Positions 38,211-53,699 of a stretch of 64,000 nucleotides of DNA are shown one piece after another. Position numbers and translations under genes: made by a program. This DNA is from the human T2T-CHM13v2.0 reference genome, Homo sapiens. Numbering within the stretch: position 1 is the first letter of the stretch; the number at the start of each line of letters is the position of its first letter. The notes under the pieces were generated by a model. It saw only the letters and a program-made list of their open reading frames with translations. It had not been told where the DNA came from and searched no databases. The DNA lies in NCBI RefSeq assembly GCF_009914755.1, contig NC_060930.1; one strand, given 5' to 3'.

Positions 38211-41200
38211 GCTTCTTAAATTACTTAAGTTCCTTATAGATGCTGGATATTAGACCTTTTTCAGATGCATAGTTTGTGAATATTTTCTCCCATCCTGTAG
38301 GTTGTTTGTTTAATCTGTTGCTAGTTTATTTTGCTGTGCAGAAGCTTTTTGGTTTAATTAGCTATCACTTGTCAGTTTTTATTTTTGTTCCAATTGCTTT
38401 TGAGAATGAAGTCATAAATTATTTCCCGAGGTTGATATCCAGAATGGTGTTTCTTAGGTTTTCCTCTAGGATTCTTATAGAAGTTTTATGCTTAAATCTT
38501 TAATCTATCTTGAGTTAATTTTTGTGTACGGTGAAAGATAGGGGTCCAGTTCCATTTTTCTGCATGTAGATAGCAAGCTATCCCAATGGCATTTATTATA
38601 TAGGACCTATTTCCCCCATTCCTTATTTTTCTTGACTTTTTCAAAGATAAGATGGCTGTAGTTGTGTGGCTTTATTTTTGGGTTCTCTATTCTGTTCCTT
38701 TAGTCTATGTGTCTGTTTTTGTACCAGTATCATGCAGTTTTGATTACTGTAGCCTTACAGTATAGTTTCAAGTTGGGTAATGTGATGGCTCCAGCTTTCC
38801 TCTTTTTGCTTAGGATTACTTTGACTATTCAAGTTATTTTTTGGTTCCATATGAATTTTAGAATAGCTTTCCTAATTCTGTGGAAAAGGATGTTAGCAGT
38901 TTTATAGGAATAACATTGAATCTGTAGAGAACTTTGGGCAGTATTGCCATTTTAGTGATACTGATTCTTCCATGAACATGGAATGTTTTTCCATATATGT
39001 CATCTCTGATTTCTTTCATGTGGGTGTTTTGTAGTTCTTGTAGAGATCTTTCACTTCTTTGGTTATATGTATTGCTAGGTGTTTTATTTTTTGTGTGTGG
39101 CTATTGTAAATGAGATTATGTTCTTGATTTGGCTGTCAGCTTGAACATTATTGGTGTATAAATATCCTTGTGATCTTTGTACATTGAGTTTGTATCCTGA
39201 AACTTTACTGAAGTCGTTTATCAGTTCTAGGAGTCTTTTGGCAGAATCTCTAGGGTTTTCTAGGCACAGAATTATATATATAGTGAAGAGAGATAGTTTC
39301 ATTTCTTCTTTTTCTATCTGGATGCCTTTTATTTCTTTCTCTTCTCTATTTACTCTGGTAAGAACTTTGTATTTTGTTGAGGAGTTTTGCATCTATGTTC
39401 ATCAGGGATATTGGTCTGTAATTTTCTTTTTTATTGTGTCTTTGCCAGGTTTTTGTATCAGGGTGATGCTGACTTCATAGAATGTCTTAGGGAATAGTCC
39501 TTCCTCCTCAATTTTTAGAATAATTCCAATAGAATTGGTATCAGCCCTTCTTTGTTCAGCTGTGATTCTAACTTGTCCAGGTTTTATTTGTTGTTGCTTT
39601 TTTCTTGTTTTTGGTTGGTAGGTTTTTTATTACTTATTAAATTTTGGAACTAGATATTAGTCTGTTCAGGATTTCAATTTCTTCCTGATTCAATATTTGG
39701 AGATTGTGTATTTCCAGGAATGTATCCATTTCCTCTAGAATTTCTAGTTTGTGTGCATTGAGGTGTTCATAGAAGTCTCTGAGAATCTTTTGGATTCCTG
39801 TGGGATTGGGTTGTCTTGTCACCTTTGTCACTTCTGATTGTCCTTATCTGGATCTACTCTCTTCTCTTCTTTATTAATCTAGCTCATGGTCTATCAGTTT
39901 TGTTTATCCTTTTGAAGATCTAACTGTTCGTTTCATTGATGCTTTATATTAATTTTTTTGGTCTCAATTTCATTCAGTTATGCTCTGATTTTAGTTATTT
40001 CTTTTCTTCTCCTAGCTTTTGGGTTAATTTGTTCTCATTTCTCTAGATTTTCTGGGTGTGATGTTAGATCATTTATTTGAGATCTTTTTAACTTTCTGAG
40101 GCAGGTGTTTAGCACTATTAACTTTACTGCTTTTGCTGCATCCCAGAGCTTGTGGCATGTTGTTTCCCTGTTTTTATGTATTTCAAATAATTTTATTTCT
40201 GCCTTAATTTTATTGCTTACCCAAAAGTCATTCAGAAGCAAATTGTTCAATTTCCATATAATTTTGTGGCTTTTAGAGATCTTCTTGGTATTGACTTGTA
40301 TTTTTATTCCAGTGTGGTTTCAGAGTATAGTTTGTATGATTTTATTTTTTTGTAATTTATTAGGATTTGCTTTATGGTTAAGCATGTGGTCAGTCATGGA
40401 GTATGTTTCATGTGCAAATGAGAAGAATGTTTATTCTGTGGTTGATGGGTGGATTATTGTGTAAATGTCTATTAGGTCCAATTGTTCAAGTGGAATTTAA
40501 GTCCTGAATTTCTTTCTTAGCTTTCTGTCTCAGTGATCTGTCTAACGCAACCAGTAGAGTATTGAAGTCTACCAGTATTATTGTGTTGCTGTCTAAGTCT
40601 TTTCATAGTCTAGAAGTCATTGGTTTATGAATCGGTTCTCCAATGTTGAGTGCATATATATTGAAGACAGTTAACGATTCCTGTTGAATTCAACCTTTTA
40701 TTATTATACAATAATACTTCTTTGTCCTTTTTTTACTGTTGTTGGTTTAAAGTCTGTTTTATCTCATGTAAGAATAGTGACCACTGCTCTTTATTTGTTT
40801 TCCATTTTGCTTGACAGATCTTTCTCCAACCCTTTACTTTGAGCCTATGGTTGTCGCTGCTTGTGAGAAGGGTCTCTTGAAGACAGCAGATGGATGGGTC
40901 TTGTTTTTTTTGTTTGTTTGTTTAATCCAACTTGCAACTCTGTGCCTTTTAAGTGGGGTGTTTGGACAATTTACATTCAAGGTTAATATTGAAATATGAG
41001 GTTTTTGTACTTTGAAGTTGTTAGCTGATTGCTTTGTAGTTTCTACTTTGTGGTTGCTTTTTACGGTCTGTGGGCTCTAAAATTAAGTATGATTTTGTGG
41101 TAGCAGTCATCATTCTTTCATTCCCATGTTTAGAGCTCCCTTAAGAATCTCTTTTAAGGCTGATCTAGTGGTAATGAATTCCCTGAATGTTGGCTTGTCT

Positions 41201-41510
41201 GGAAAATTATTTCTCCTTTGCCTTATGCAGCTCAGTTTTGTGGGATATGTAATTATTTTTTGGAATTTCTTTTCTTTGAGAATGCTTAAAATAGGCTCCT
41301 ATCCTCTTCTAGCTTGTAAGTTTGCTGCTGAGGAGCCTGCTGTTAGCTTTGTGAAGTTCCCTTTTTATGTGATCTGATCTTTTTCTCTAGCTGCCTTTAA
41401 GATTTTTTTCATTAATATTGACCTTGAATATCTGGCTACTATATACCTTGGTCATGTTTATTTTGCATAACATCTAACAGGTGTGCTCTGGATTTCTTGT
41501 ATGTGGATGT

Positions 41511-41583
41511 CTACTCTTTTGCAAGATTAGGGAGATTTTCTTGAGCTACTCTTTTGCAAGATTAGGGAGATTTTCTTGAGCTA
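41511..41583. repeat. 35-bp perfect tandem duplication in L1 ORF1
   Basis: CTACTCTTTTGCAAGATTAGGGAGATTTTCTTGAG at 41511-41545 and 41546-41580. Confidence 0.95.
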
Positions 41584-42144
41584 TTCCTTCCAATATGTTA
41601 TTCAGGTTGTTACTTTTTTCTCTCTCTCAGAAATGCCAAGAATTCATAGGTTTTGTTGCTTATGCAATCCCATATTTCTTTAAGACTTTGTTCATTTTTG
41701 TATGACTGGAATAGTTCAAAAGACTGGTCTTCAAGTTCTAAAATTCTTTTTCTTGGTCCAGTGTCTTGATAAAGCTTCCAATTATATTTTGAAATCCCTG
41801 AAGTAACTTTTTTTCAATTCCAGAAACTCTGATTGATTTCTTTTTAAGATGTATATCTCTTTCTTAATTTTCTGGATTGATTTAGAGGTTTCTTTGTGTT
41901 GATTCTCAACATTATCTTGGATCTTGTTTAGCTTCCTTGCAATCTATGCTTTGAATTCTTTATCTGTCATTTCTCAGTTTCCATTTTCATTAGGGACCAT
42001 TGTGGAGAGTCAATGTGATGCTTCAGTGTTGTCACTACATTCTCATTTTTCATGGTGCCAGAATTCTTGCCCTGGTTCCTTCTTATCTGGAGATCCTGGC
42101 ACTTCTAATTTTTGTAATTATTTTCATGTGGGCAGAATTCAATC

Positions 42145-42438
42145 TTTCTCTCTCTCTCCTTTAGACATAGTTCTGCTCTGTCACCCAGGCTGGAATGCAG
42201 TGGTGTGATTATGCCTTACTACATCCTCCACATCTTTGGCTCAACTGATCCTCCCACCCCAGCTTCCCTAGTAGCTGAGACTACAGGTACACACCACCAT
42301 ACCTGGCTATTTTTTGGTGGGGGGAGCAGGGGAGAGGCAACGTTTTACTTTTTCCCAGGCTGGTCTTGAACTCCCGGGCTCAAGAGATTCTCCAACCTCA
42401 GCCTCACAAAGTGCTCAGATTACAGGTGTGAGCCACTT
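42145..42438 (-). mobile_element. AluJ inserted in the L1
   Basis: GCTCAACTGATCCTCCCACC and CTCCCGGGCTCAAGAGATTCTCC are AluJ-type; high divergence. Confidence 0.88.
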
Positions 42439-43717
42439 TATAATGTCATTTTTTTCTTTCCCTTTCCCTTTCCCCTTCTTCCTAGTGAGTGTGAAAGTAG
42501 CAAATGTTAGGTTGGGTATTTTGGCTTTGCTTCTACAGCCCTATGCACTTCTGTCAGCAGGTTTTATACTGGGCTGTGTTCTTTGACTTACAAACCAGTA
42601 GATGGTGCATATGGGTAACAGCCAGCTGTGGATAACCTGGCTGGGTATATAATTCATCCTTGTTTACTGGAAGACGCTCTCTGTTGTCCCAAGCAATGGG
42701 CTGACCATGGAGTTCACAGTGGTCTGAGCTCCCTGCTAAATCCTAGGGCAGCAGGGGGCAGAATGGTTAGAGACAGACTGGGCAGGCCCACCTATAGTTC
42801 CCCTGATGGCAGGCACAAGCACTAATGCCAGGGGAGAATCCAGTGAGTGGTCACCCAGCACCCAGAGGTATGCCTAGGTGTGTGGCTAGGAAGCCACACA
42901 ATCTCAGGAAGCAGGCTGCAGCAATTAGCAATGACACATGCAGACCGGTTCCAGGCATCAAACTGGTCCTGGCTGCAAGTCTCATCTCCCAAAAGAAATT
43001 TCAAGCATAGCAACTCTTCTCCCACACCAGGCCTGTAACTGAGGAGAGCACAGTTCCAGTACCTACTGCTGACGTACTTTACATAATTCTGGCTGTGGAA
43101 GCCTCTATGCTTCTCCAGAACAAGTGCTCCAATCTCTGCTCCAAGGCAAAAATGCCTGCACAGCTATGCTTCTGAGTTGCCATAACTTTGTATGCACCTG
43201 GATTTAAAATGCGATCCTGCTCTCAGTCCCAGGTCTGGGAAATTGCCTGTAACTTCTTTCTCTCTCAGAGCCTCCAAACCTTTCCCCAAGTTAGGTCTGG
43301 AGTTTGGGAGAAATAAAGTGCTCTCTCTTGGCCTGGGTTGTTGGATCCACAGTGGGAAGGTGAGTCACAGAGGGAGGCTCTCTGCCTCTCACATACTCGA
43401 ACTTTACTAACTTTTATGAGCCACACACCATACAAAGGAGGATCTAGGGTGTCCTTCACGATTCTGATAGGTTTCCATCTTCCTTCTTGAATTAAAGCTC
43501 AGAGAGTTGACCTTTGTGTGCTGTCTTGCTATTTCCAAGTGGCTGAGACATGCTAAAAAACTCTGATTTGCCATCTCGGGAAAAACAAAACAAATCAAAA
43601 GAGACGAAAAACAAAAACACCTTACTAATTTTTGTATCAGTTTTGTATAATCCAAATTATTTTCTTGTTTGAAAATGTCCACTTTTTTTTGCTTTTAAAT
43701 TAATCAATTTGTGGTAA

Positions 43718-44031
<314 letters not shown>

Positions 44032-44944
44032 AATTTGTGGTAATGTTTGTTAACCCACTTATCTGAAAATAATGCTTCTTCTGAATTCTTGCTTAAAATT
44101 GTTTCTGTTAAAATTTTACGCTTTTATTCTTTGTCTTCTTGTTTCCAGTGTTGTCAATGACAACACGGTGGTCCATCTGATTATAATTTTTTGCATGTAA
44201 TCTTTTATCCTCCAATTTTCTCTGGAAGCTGTTTAGTATTTTGTCTACATGTTTGTTCTGTTTTTTAATGTAGAATTTGTTTTTGCTATTATTTTTCTTA
44301 CTTTGCTTCTAAAATGCAGGCCCTTTTGGATATAAATCATATGTTTTTGATGTCTGTGAAATTTTCCTTTTTGTTTCCTTGAACATTCCTTTTCCCATAT
44401 TATCTGTATTCTCTCCTTTTGTAAATCTTATCAGGTGGATGCTGTAACTTTTAGAGCATCACAAAGTGGTTACTAACAGCCTAAACACCTCTTGCAGACA
44501 TAGCTTGCCTAGCCTGTACAATGTTTTGAAAATAATTATTCAGATATATTACAATTGGTAGATTTTATCTAAAAATATAGATTGCTTACTTTTTTTGCAA
44601 AGTGGAAGAGTTGGTAAACTGAACTTGCATTTATGAATGAAAACAATTGTCAGAAAGTAAGTAGTTGCTTCTGCTTTTAGATGGGATATACGTGCTCCAG
44701 ATTGCCACTGTCCTTTGTGTGCCCTTTGGTCTTCCTGACCCTAAACCCAAGTATCGGTTGCTATGCATCATCATGCTTGCGCTATTTTTTTTTCCAGTTG
44801 GAGACAGACATCCTTCAATTGTGTATCTTTCAACGTGTTCACAAGAAAGAGAAAAAGCACAATTTGTTTCCAAAAAGAACAATTATTTCTTAAACTATTT
44901 TTTTTTACATATTTATACTGTTAACAAAATGTTGGAAGGTGCCT

Positions 44945-44946
<2 letters not shown>

Positions 44947-44976
<30 letters not shown>
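44947..44976. repeat. (CA)n microsatellite
   Basis: About 15 units with one interruption. Confidence 0.9.
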
Positions 44977-45349
44977 TAAAAACAAAGCTTATCATGAATC
45001 TATGGAAAGATTCATGATAAAAATCTTAATGAACTAAAATATGAACTAAAATTTCCACAGGCTTAATTTTTGAATACATATAAAATAAGTTATGTTGTTA
45101 TAATATGTTACTATGAATTCGTTACAAAATTGCCCAGATGGCATTTTTATTACAGATGGTAGTTTTATAAAAGAGTATCCATTGGAGGCAATAGAAATTA
45201 TATGTCCTCAACAGAAACAAACATTGAAAATGTAAGTAACACTGGAGATTTGGCTAAGAATTTACAGGCTGTGCTGGGAGAAAAAAATAAGTCATTTGTG
45301 GCATTGTGTTTTGTAGCTGATGATAACACAGCTATAAATAATGCCAACT

Positions 45350-45702
<353 letters not shown>

Positions 45703-45999
45703 CTACTTATCATCACTGACATTTTTTGTATGTTTAAATAATATTTGGAGATGGTAGCCATGACAGGCCCCAAATTACTTAATCTTTAGCGTTGAGAAAA
45801 CTTTAAAGCAAATTGATCAAAATTAACTAGTGTATTTATAGATAATACTTAACTGGTGATCAATGTTAGACTTTTTAAAAAGATAACATTTTGCAGATAT
45901 GGAATTTATGTTTTTACGTTACATTATTTTCCAGAAATAGTTTTGTCAAAAAAAGTTTGAGAACAGAACATATAATAAACTGAAATTCTTCTTAAAATT

Positions 46000-46608
46000 T
46001 TAAAAGTCTTTATATTTCAGAGTAAATCCAAGTCCTTCCCATGACTTACACACAACAAAGTCAATGCCATTCAGCCCCCACCCCCAACAGACTACTTTGA
46101 CCTCATCTTCTAATGCTCTCCCCTTTGCTTTATCCATTTTGGACATTTTACGGGCCACATGTACAACAGCTCTGTGCCTTAGAGCCATTGTACTTGCTCT
46201 TCCCTCTGCTTTCAAAATTCTCTCACAAAGAGTTGAAGGACTGGATCTTTCACTCCATTTGGATATTTCCCAGTTTATTTCTCAGTGGTGTCTTCTCTAG
46301 CCAGCATATTTAACACAGAATCCCCCATCCCTGCCACCTGCTAAACCACACCTTATATTGATTTTCTGCTTTTCTTTTTCTTCACAGCTATACATCTTAT
46401 TGTCCATATAAATTATTTTCTGCCCCCATCCTCCCAACACACTCAAACCCACATATATGCTTGGAAAGTAAATTCCATGAGGACAGGGCATATTGTTTTT
46501 GTATTCTGTTTCATTTGTTTGTTTGTTTTATTTTCAATCCCAGAGTTTTGAAAAGTGTCTCTAACATCAAAGGTTCTCAATAACTATTTGTTGGATGACT
46601 AAATGAAC
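46000..46608 (+). mobile_element. L2 3' part
   Basis: GCCTTAGAGCCATTGTACTTGCTCTTCCCTCTGC...TTCCATGAGGACAGGG...TCTCAATAACTATTTGTTGGATGACTAAATGAA. Confidence 0.75.
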
Positions 46609-46943
46609 GAAGAGAATTTGGTATGTTTTTAGATCTAAAACCTTAGTCTGCTCAAGGTTTTGCTGAGCTGACGAGACACACAATAAGAAATTATTTAGCT
46701 TGGCAAGGATATAGAGTTAAAGAAAATTTTATGCTATTGAAAGAAATCAACATATTCATATCATCCACAGCAAAATTCTTACCCCAGATCACCCAGCAAA
46801 TGTTGAATTACGTAACTGACCTTTTGGTTGACATTATCCCACATAGTTAAAATATTCTTCCAAATATAATTTCTCTGCAAGTGTGTGCACATGCATTCAT
46901 ATAAGTGTATAAATCAATTTGATTGCCCTGGCAAATAAATATA

Positions 46944-48118
46944 CAGTCATGTGTCACTTATGGTGCAGATACATTTGGAGAAATCTATCATTAGGTGATT
47001 TTGTCCTTGTACAAACATTATAGGGTGTTACTTACATACACCTAGAAGGTGTAGCCTACTACACATCTAGACTATATGGTATAGCCCATGGCTTCTAGGC
47101 TATAAACCTGTACAGCATGTTACTGTACTGAATACTGTAGGCAATTGTAACACAATGGTAAGTATTTGTATATCTAAAAACATCTAACCATAAAAAGGAA
47201 CAGTAAAAATGTGGTATAAAAGATAAAAAATGATACACCTGTATAGGGCACTTACCATGAAGGGTACTTGCAGGACAGGAAGTTGGTTTGGGTGACTGAG
47301 TGATGTGTGAACATGAAGGCCAAGGACATTACTATACATGAGTGTAGACTTTATAAACACTGTACATTTAGGCTATATTAAATTAATTCAAAATATTTTT
47401 TTCTTTAAAATAAATTAATCTTAGCTTATTGTACTCTTTCACTTTATAAACTTTTATTTTTTAAACTCTTTTGTAATACCATTTGGCTTAAAATATAAAT
47501 ACATTTATACAGTTGTACAAAAAGGTATTCCTTATATTTTATTCTATAAGCTTTTTTCATTTTTAACTTTTTTTTTACACTTCTTTTGTTAAAAACTGAG
47601 GTAAAAACACACACATTAGATTCTACACAGGGTCAGGATCATCAATATCACTGTCTTCCACATCCACCTCTTGTCCCCCTGGAAGGTCTCCAGGAACAAG
47701 AACATGCATGGGGCTGTCATCTCCTATGACAACGGTGCCTTCTTCTGAAATGTCTCCTGAAGGACCTGCGTGAGGCTGTTTTATACTTAAATTTTTATAG
47801 CAAGATGAAGCAGTATGCTCCAAAATAATGATAAAAAGTTTAGTAAATACGGAAACCAATAACAATCATTTGTTATCATTATCAAGTATTATGTACTGTA
47901 CTTAACCATACGTGTTATACTTTTATACAACTGGCAGCACATAGGTTTGTTTAGACCAGCATCACTATGAACATGCAAATAATGTGTTGCCCTACATTGT
48001 TATAACTACTACATTACTAGATGATAGGAATTTTTCAGCTCCATTATAATCTTATGGGAATACCACTGTATGTGTGATCTGTCGTTGACTTGAAATAATG
48101 TTATGTGGTATGTGCCCT
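46944..48118 (-). mobile_element. Tigger3b/MER7-type DNA transposon
   Basis: TA|CAGTCATGTGTCACTTA start; GGAATTTTTCAGCTCCATTATAATCTTATGGG near the end; same family and orientation as 29297-30324. Confidence 0.92.
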
Positions 48119-49764
48119 TATACGGGAAACTCATTTGGCTCATTTGTCTATGCTGACATTTTTTTCTTAAATGAACATGATTTCCTAAAATATTTTTCCT
48201 GTAATGTACTGTAAATACTGAATTCAAAAATGTGTTTCTGATATAAACCATTACGTAGTGGAACTATTATTGAGTTTGCCTTTCTCCATCAAACCTGATA
48301 GTGGCAACAAAGATTTAGGAAAAGATGTTATTGAATTACAGTGCATATGGTAATGTAAAACAAATATGACAACAACAGAATACCAGCATTTTACCAATAT
48401 CTTAGAATTACTTTAAGATATTGCAAAGATTCTGTTCAGGTTTTTGATAATGAATGATATGAAATATTGCTCCTAGGTAAGAGTATAAGCCCAAATTCTC
48501 TATTACATATGTATTTTCCAAAAACCAAAATTCATTATCGAAATTTTGGGGCGGAGGAAAACATTCCGGCTCTCCTGTTCTGTACAGAGGGAGTAACACA
48601 GTACAAAAATATATATTAATGTATATTTAATGTCTGTGTTTTCAATGACAGGTTTAATTAGTAACTTAAGTCCTATATGCTTCTGTTATGAAACATACTT
48701 ACAAATAAGATAGCCCAGTTTATTTTATTTTATTTTATTACTTCCTAATTGCTAAAGGCATTAAGGCTAGCTTCCCTAAGCTGAGGTGTGGGGAGTGTGC
48801 ATTGGACTGAATCTTCCTAAATTACATAACGTGGAGAGCTTTTGCTGTGGGGACAAATGACTCTGAGACTTTCTAGTTCTTCGCAAAAAGATTCCGTGAT
48901 TTCACTGGAGAAAAACTCTACAGGTTTTCTTTTTGGTTGTTTTTTTGTTTTCTTTTGTTTTGCTTTCAAAATTTTCCCTGTATGGTTGAAAGAGATGAAA
49001 TTCTGTGCACAGGGGATCCTTTTTATTTTGTGCAAGTTTTTTCTTTTTGTACTTTGTTTTTTAGCTTCTTGACACTGTTCTTTGACTTCATTTTTTTCCC
49101 TGCCTTTCTGATAGGTTTACAGTTATATTATCCTATTTTAAGTCTAGTCATTTGATTTTTATCTATTTTTCTCATCCTCTTTACTCTTAATTTTTTAAAT
49201 AAATTGATCTGGAGATATCTTGAAAGATACAATTATACTTGATATATTTGTTTAAAGTAACTATTTTTCTAAGTGACTTTTAACAAATCATTTGATACTT
49301 AAGATAAAAATTCTCATTCCTTTATATATTAAACTTTAACATATACCTTACATTTGTTTCCTATTATAATTGATTTCTTCATTCATCTGAATTTTTATCA
49401 CATAAAATATCATTAAATCTTCTAAATATATGGAATATTTGACAATGGTGTTTATTATTTTATTCTTAAATTAGTTTCATAGCCATTTTAATGTATTCAT
49501 TCTTCCTTATGGTATTTTAAATCACTTGATCAATTTGAGAATATCTCCTTCGAGATTTTGCTGGAAATTTCATTGTCCATATATTAGGAAAAAATTCTGC
49601 TATTATAATATTTATATTTCACTTTAGAACTATATACCTTTCTTTTATTTACATTTTCTTTCATTCCACAGTAAAGAGTTCACGGCATTCTTTAAGCAAC
49701 TCTTACACATTTCTAATTGTTAGCCTGATTTAATTCCATACATATAAATTATATATGTGTGTAT

Positions 49765-49765
<1 letters not shown>

Positions 49766-49791
<26 letters not shown>
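49766..49791. repeat. (CA)n microsatellite
   Basis: About 12 CA units. Confidence 0.9.
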
Positions 49792-49795
<4 letters not shown>

Positions 49796-49841
49796 ATTTT
49801 CCTTAAAATGTAAAATGTAAAAATTTGCCAAGATACTTCCA

Positions 49842-50056
49842 TTTTCTTTTTCTTTTTTAATTATACTTTAAGTTCTAGGGTACATGCGCACAATGTGCAG
49901 GTTTGTTACACATGTATACATGTGCCATGTTGGTGTGCTGCACCCATTAACTCGTCATTTACATTAGGTATATCTCCTAATGCTTTCCCTCCCCCCTCCC
50001 CCGACCCCACGATAGGCCCTGGTGTGTGATGTTCCCCTTCCTGTGTCCAAGTGTTC
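49842..50056 (-). mobile_element. Short L1PA4/5-like 3' end
   Basis: TTATACTTTAAGTTCTAGGGTACATG...CACCCATTAACTCGTCATTTACATTAGG...GATGTTCCCCTTCCTGTGTCCAAGTGTTC. Confidence 0.93.
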
Positions 50057-51009
50057 ATTTATTTTAGATCTTATGAACTATTTTCGAGCTGCATGTTTAG
50101 TTCATGTTTTTAAATTGTGATAGATTTTATTTCCCATAAATTTGCTTATAGATTTAGCTTAATTTATTGGGATTTTTTTTTTCTGCTAGAATCTCTATAT
50201 TTGAAAAAGAAAAAATTCTTCTCCTTTCTCTATATCTGTTAAATCTTCTTAGCATTGCCATATCTTTGTTCTTTTATTTTTTTTCTTCTGAAATTTGAAA
50301 GAACATTGATGCTGGTCATTTTACGACATTAAAAAATTAAAAGTTAATTTTCTGGGTAATGCTTGATCTTTAAATTATTTTTACAGTAGGTTTTAATTAA
50401 CCTACTAGATTTTCATGATCTTAAAATTATTTTTTATCTTGCTATTTTATTTTACCTTTCACATTAGCTAACTGCCTTCATCTGGACTACTTATAATATT
50501 TTAATATTGGCTTATAATTGCATTTATTTCTGACTTGTTTGAAGACTTGAGGCAGATATTTGAAAAATATTCATTTCTTATGCTAATTTTCAAGAGATTA
50601 GTTCTCATCTGGAATAATAATGCTACTTTTTTTTGCACTACACTCTTTAATAGTTTCCAGACTAGTTTAATTATTCATATGTGAAAGAAGATAAGTGTTA
50701 TATCGAGCATTTGTTAAAAATAGGTTGCTATAATTGTTTTTAGAGCCTCTTCATGTACTTGGGTGATGATAGACTCTTACCATGGCAAAGTGAGTTTAGA
50801 TGTGTGTAGCGTATAGTTCAGTGTAAAGATGTGTATAGTGTATAGTTCAGTTTCTGGTAACTGTAGGCTTTCATGTTACATTGTTCTGCTGAAGTAATAT
50901 TTTTTTTCTCTTTCTTGCTTACATTAAAAAAAGTTTCTGAGAATTAATTCTCAAGAAAGGCAAGCAGAGTTTTTTATTTCTCTCTAGATGTGGAACCAGA
51001 TTAAAGCAA

Positions 51010-51433
51010 ATTTTGCAGTGCAAAATTGAAGGGGTGCCAAAAAACAGGAATCAAGACAAATTTTATAGGTAAATGTAAATATGTAAATAACATATATATG
51101 TGAATACATTGAATTATGTTTAAGTGGTGTGATATATTTTAAAATATTTTAAAAATTAAATTGTCAAGTAATGGCCATGTGTGACTCCTGCTTTTACAAA
51201 TAACATTTTATTTGAGCAAGAACTGGGATTAGGGTGTGGCAGGTGAGTCAGGGTCATAAAATGAGGGTCACATCCTGGCTTTATTTACAATTTTGATATT
51301 CTTCTCATCATGAATTTTTTGCATTTAAAAAATATTACTAAAATATTCTCTCTTTATTACTGAGCTTTATATGCCCCCCCTTAAATTTTGTGCTCAGGGT
51401 GAGTGCCTAATTCACCTAACCCTTGTTCCAGCT
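51010..51433. mobile_element. MER96B-like hAT pieces
   Basis: GGGATTAGGGTGTGGCAGGTGAG, CCTTAAATTTTGTGCTCAGGGTGAGTGCC and TGCAAAATTGAAGGGGTGCC. Confidence 0.6.
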
Positions 51434-51792
51434 CCACTCTTAAGAATTTTATTCCTAATACATATATCTGGGTTCTGCCTTCAGCTGAATATTTAAATAA
51501 AGCTATCCAGCAGATCCTATCACTTCTTCCCATTCCTCTCTCCAGTCCCACCCCCACCCCAACCCCATCTCCACTGAGAATGGCTGAATAAAATAATTTT
51601 CATTCTTGAGAATCTACAAAGTGTTTAGTCCTTCTACAGGAACTCCATGAAGTGTTTTCTTGGTTTCTTTTCATAAGGTACACATTCTTTTAGTGAGCAC
51701 TGCCATATGCTATATTAATTTCTCTGTTTCTGCCTGATGCATGAGCAAATATCTAAAATCATATAAAAGGGAAACTGATAGAGTAGCTACGT

Positions 51793-52175
51793 ATATTAGT
51801 CTGTTTGGACTTCTATAAGAACATAACAGACTGGGTGGCCTGAGATGGCTTAAAGGACTGTTAAGCAATAGACATTTATTTCTTACAGTTATAGAGGCTA
51901 AGAAGTCCTACATAAACTTGCCAGCTGATTCAGTTCCTGCTGAGGGCCCTCTTCCTGGCTCACAGATAGCTGCCTTCTTGCTGTGTTCTCACATGGCTGA
52001 GAGAAAGCTCTGGTTTCTCTTCCTTTTCTTATAAGGTCACTAATCCCACCATGGGGGCCCCACCCTCATGACCTCATCTAAAACTAATTACCTCCCACAG
52101 GTCCCATCTCCAAATGCCATTATATTGGGGTCAGGGCTTAAATATGTACATTTTCAGAGGACACAATTCATATTA
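51793..52175 (-). mobile_element. MLT1A-like MaLR solo LTR
   Basis: CAGACTGGGTGG...CATTTATTTCTTACAGTT...CCACCCTCATGACCTCATCTAAAACTAATTACCTCCC. Confidence 0.85.
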
Positions 52176-52419
52176 GTATGTGACTGGTGGCTTTAAAATG
52201 TGATTCTTAGAGTCTAGCCTGGTGATGATTATGGAATAAACTTTATTTTCGGTGTATACCCTAAACATTTAAGATAGACGGAGATTGTCCTAGTTTTTTC
52301 TTGCCTCCTGATTATTTCATTCCTTTTTATTAGGGGAAAACTCTGCAACCTGGCTTGGCTACTTAATCTAACGTTATAAGTACTAGTTAGTTGAGTTTAC
52401 TTCTTTGGCAAAAGGTTGA

Positions 52420-52823
<404 letters not shown>

Positions 52824-53699
52824 TACCTTGTTGCCACTTTTACCTGAAAGGATAATTTTTATCTGTTTATTATATGTTACTTCCCAGAGCTATTCATTTG
52901 CTTACTCTCTTTCTTCTTTCATGGCACATATGGAAAGTTTTGACTATATATCTCAAATTTCAGTCTTAATTACTCAATGAATGTTTTGGTCAATTTCTTG
53001 ACAATGAAGGATTAGAGAATCTTAGAGTATCACTCAATTTTAACATTAGTTTACCATTACAGTCTTCTTTCTATGTATTATTACTATTGCAAGTGAGGAT
53101 CTCAATCATATCATAATTTTCGTATTTGTAAAATTGGAAACAGTTATAATGAAGAATATTGTCTGATCTCTAGTGATAGCGCAACATTGTTCCACCTGTG
53201 TGACCTAGAGTAACCCACTGAGCCACTTTCACCCTCAGGTTATGCACATGTGTGGTGAGGATGCTCTCATTGCTCTATATGCCAAATAATGTTTGGTGGT
53301 TTCATAGTGAAACAACAGGACTTCCAATTCAAAATAATTTTTGGAATATAGTTTTTAATACACTACCATTCCCAACTTCTCAAAAAATGGTTTTTGAAGA
53401 TGTATTAAACGATAAAATTTCTAAATAGCATAAAATTTAAAGGTAATATAATTGCTAAGGAAAAAATAACATAATTAGGAAATACATTTTTGGATTGAGA
53501 AAATCATTCCCAAACTTTAGTTCAATCTTACTTCCTATTTCAGAAAAAGTAGACTAAAACTTTCAGTCTCCTACAAAATCAGTCCCCCAATTCAAAGATG
53601 CATAAATTCTACAAAATTGAAGACAAAAAGTGTCATTATCGACCCTTTGTATATTGATCTGTGTGGTGTCATACTATTTCTATCTGTTATTCTCCATCA

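Larger units (their letters stand above)
37730..43580 (-). mobile_element. Near full-length old primate L1 (L1PA15/16 or L1PB-like) with internal deletions
   Basis: ORF2 peptides [17 protein letters not shown]...[26 protein letters not shown] and NNLLLNDFWV; ORF1 region and GC-richer 5'UTR ending in a YY1-like GAGATGGC near 43575; most of the 3'UTR is deleted at ~37750 and part of RT at ~39365. Confidence 0.92.
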
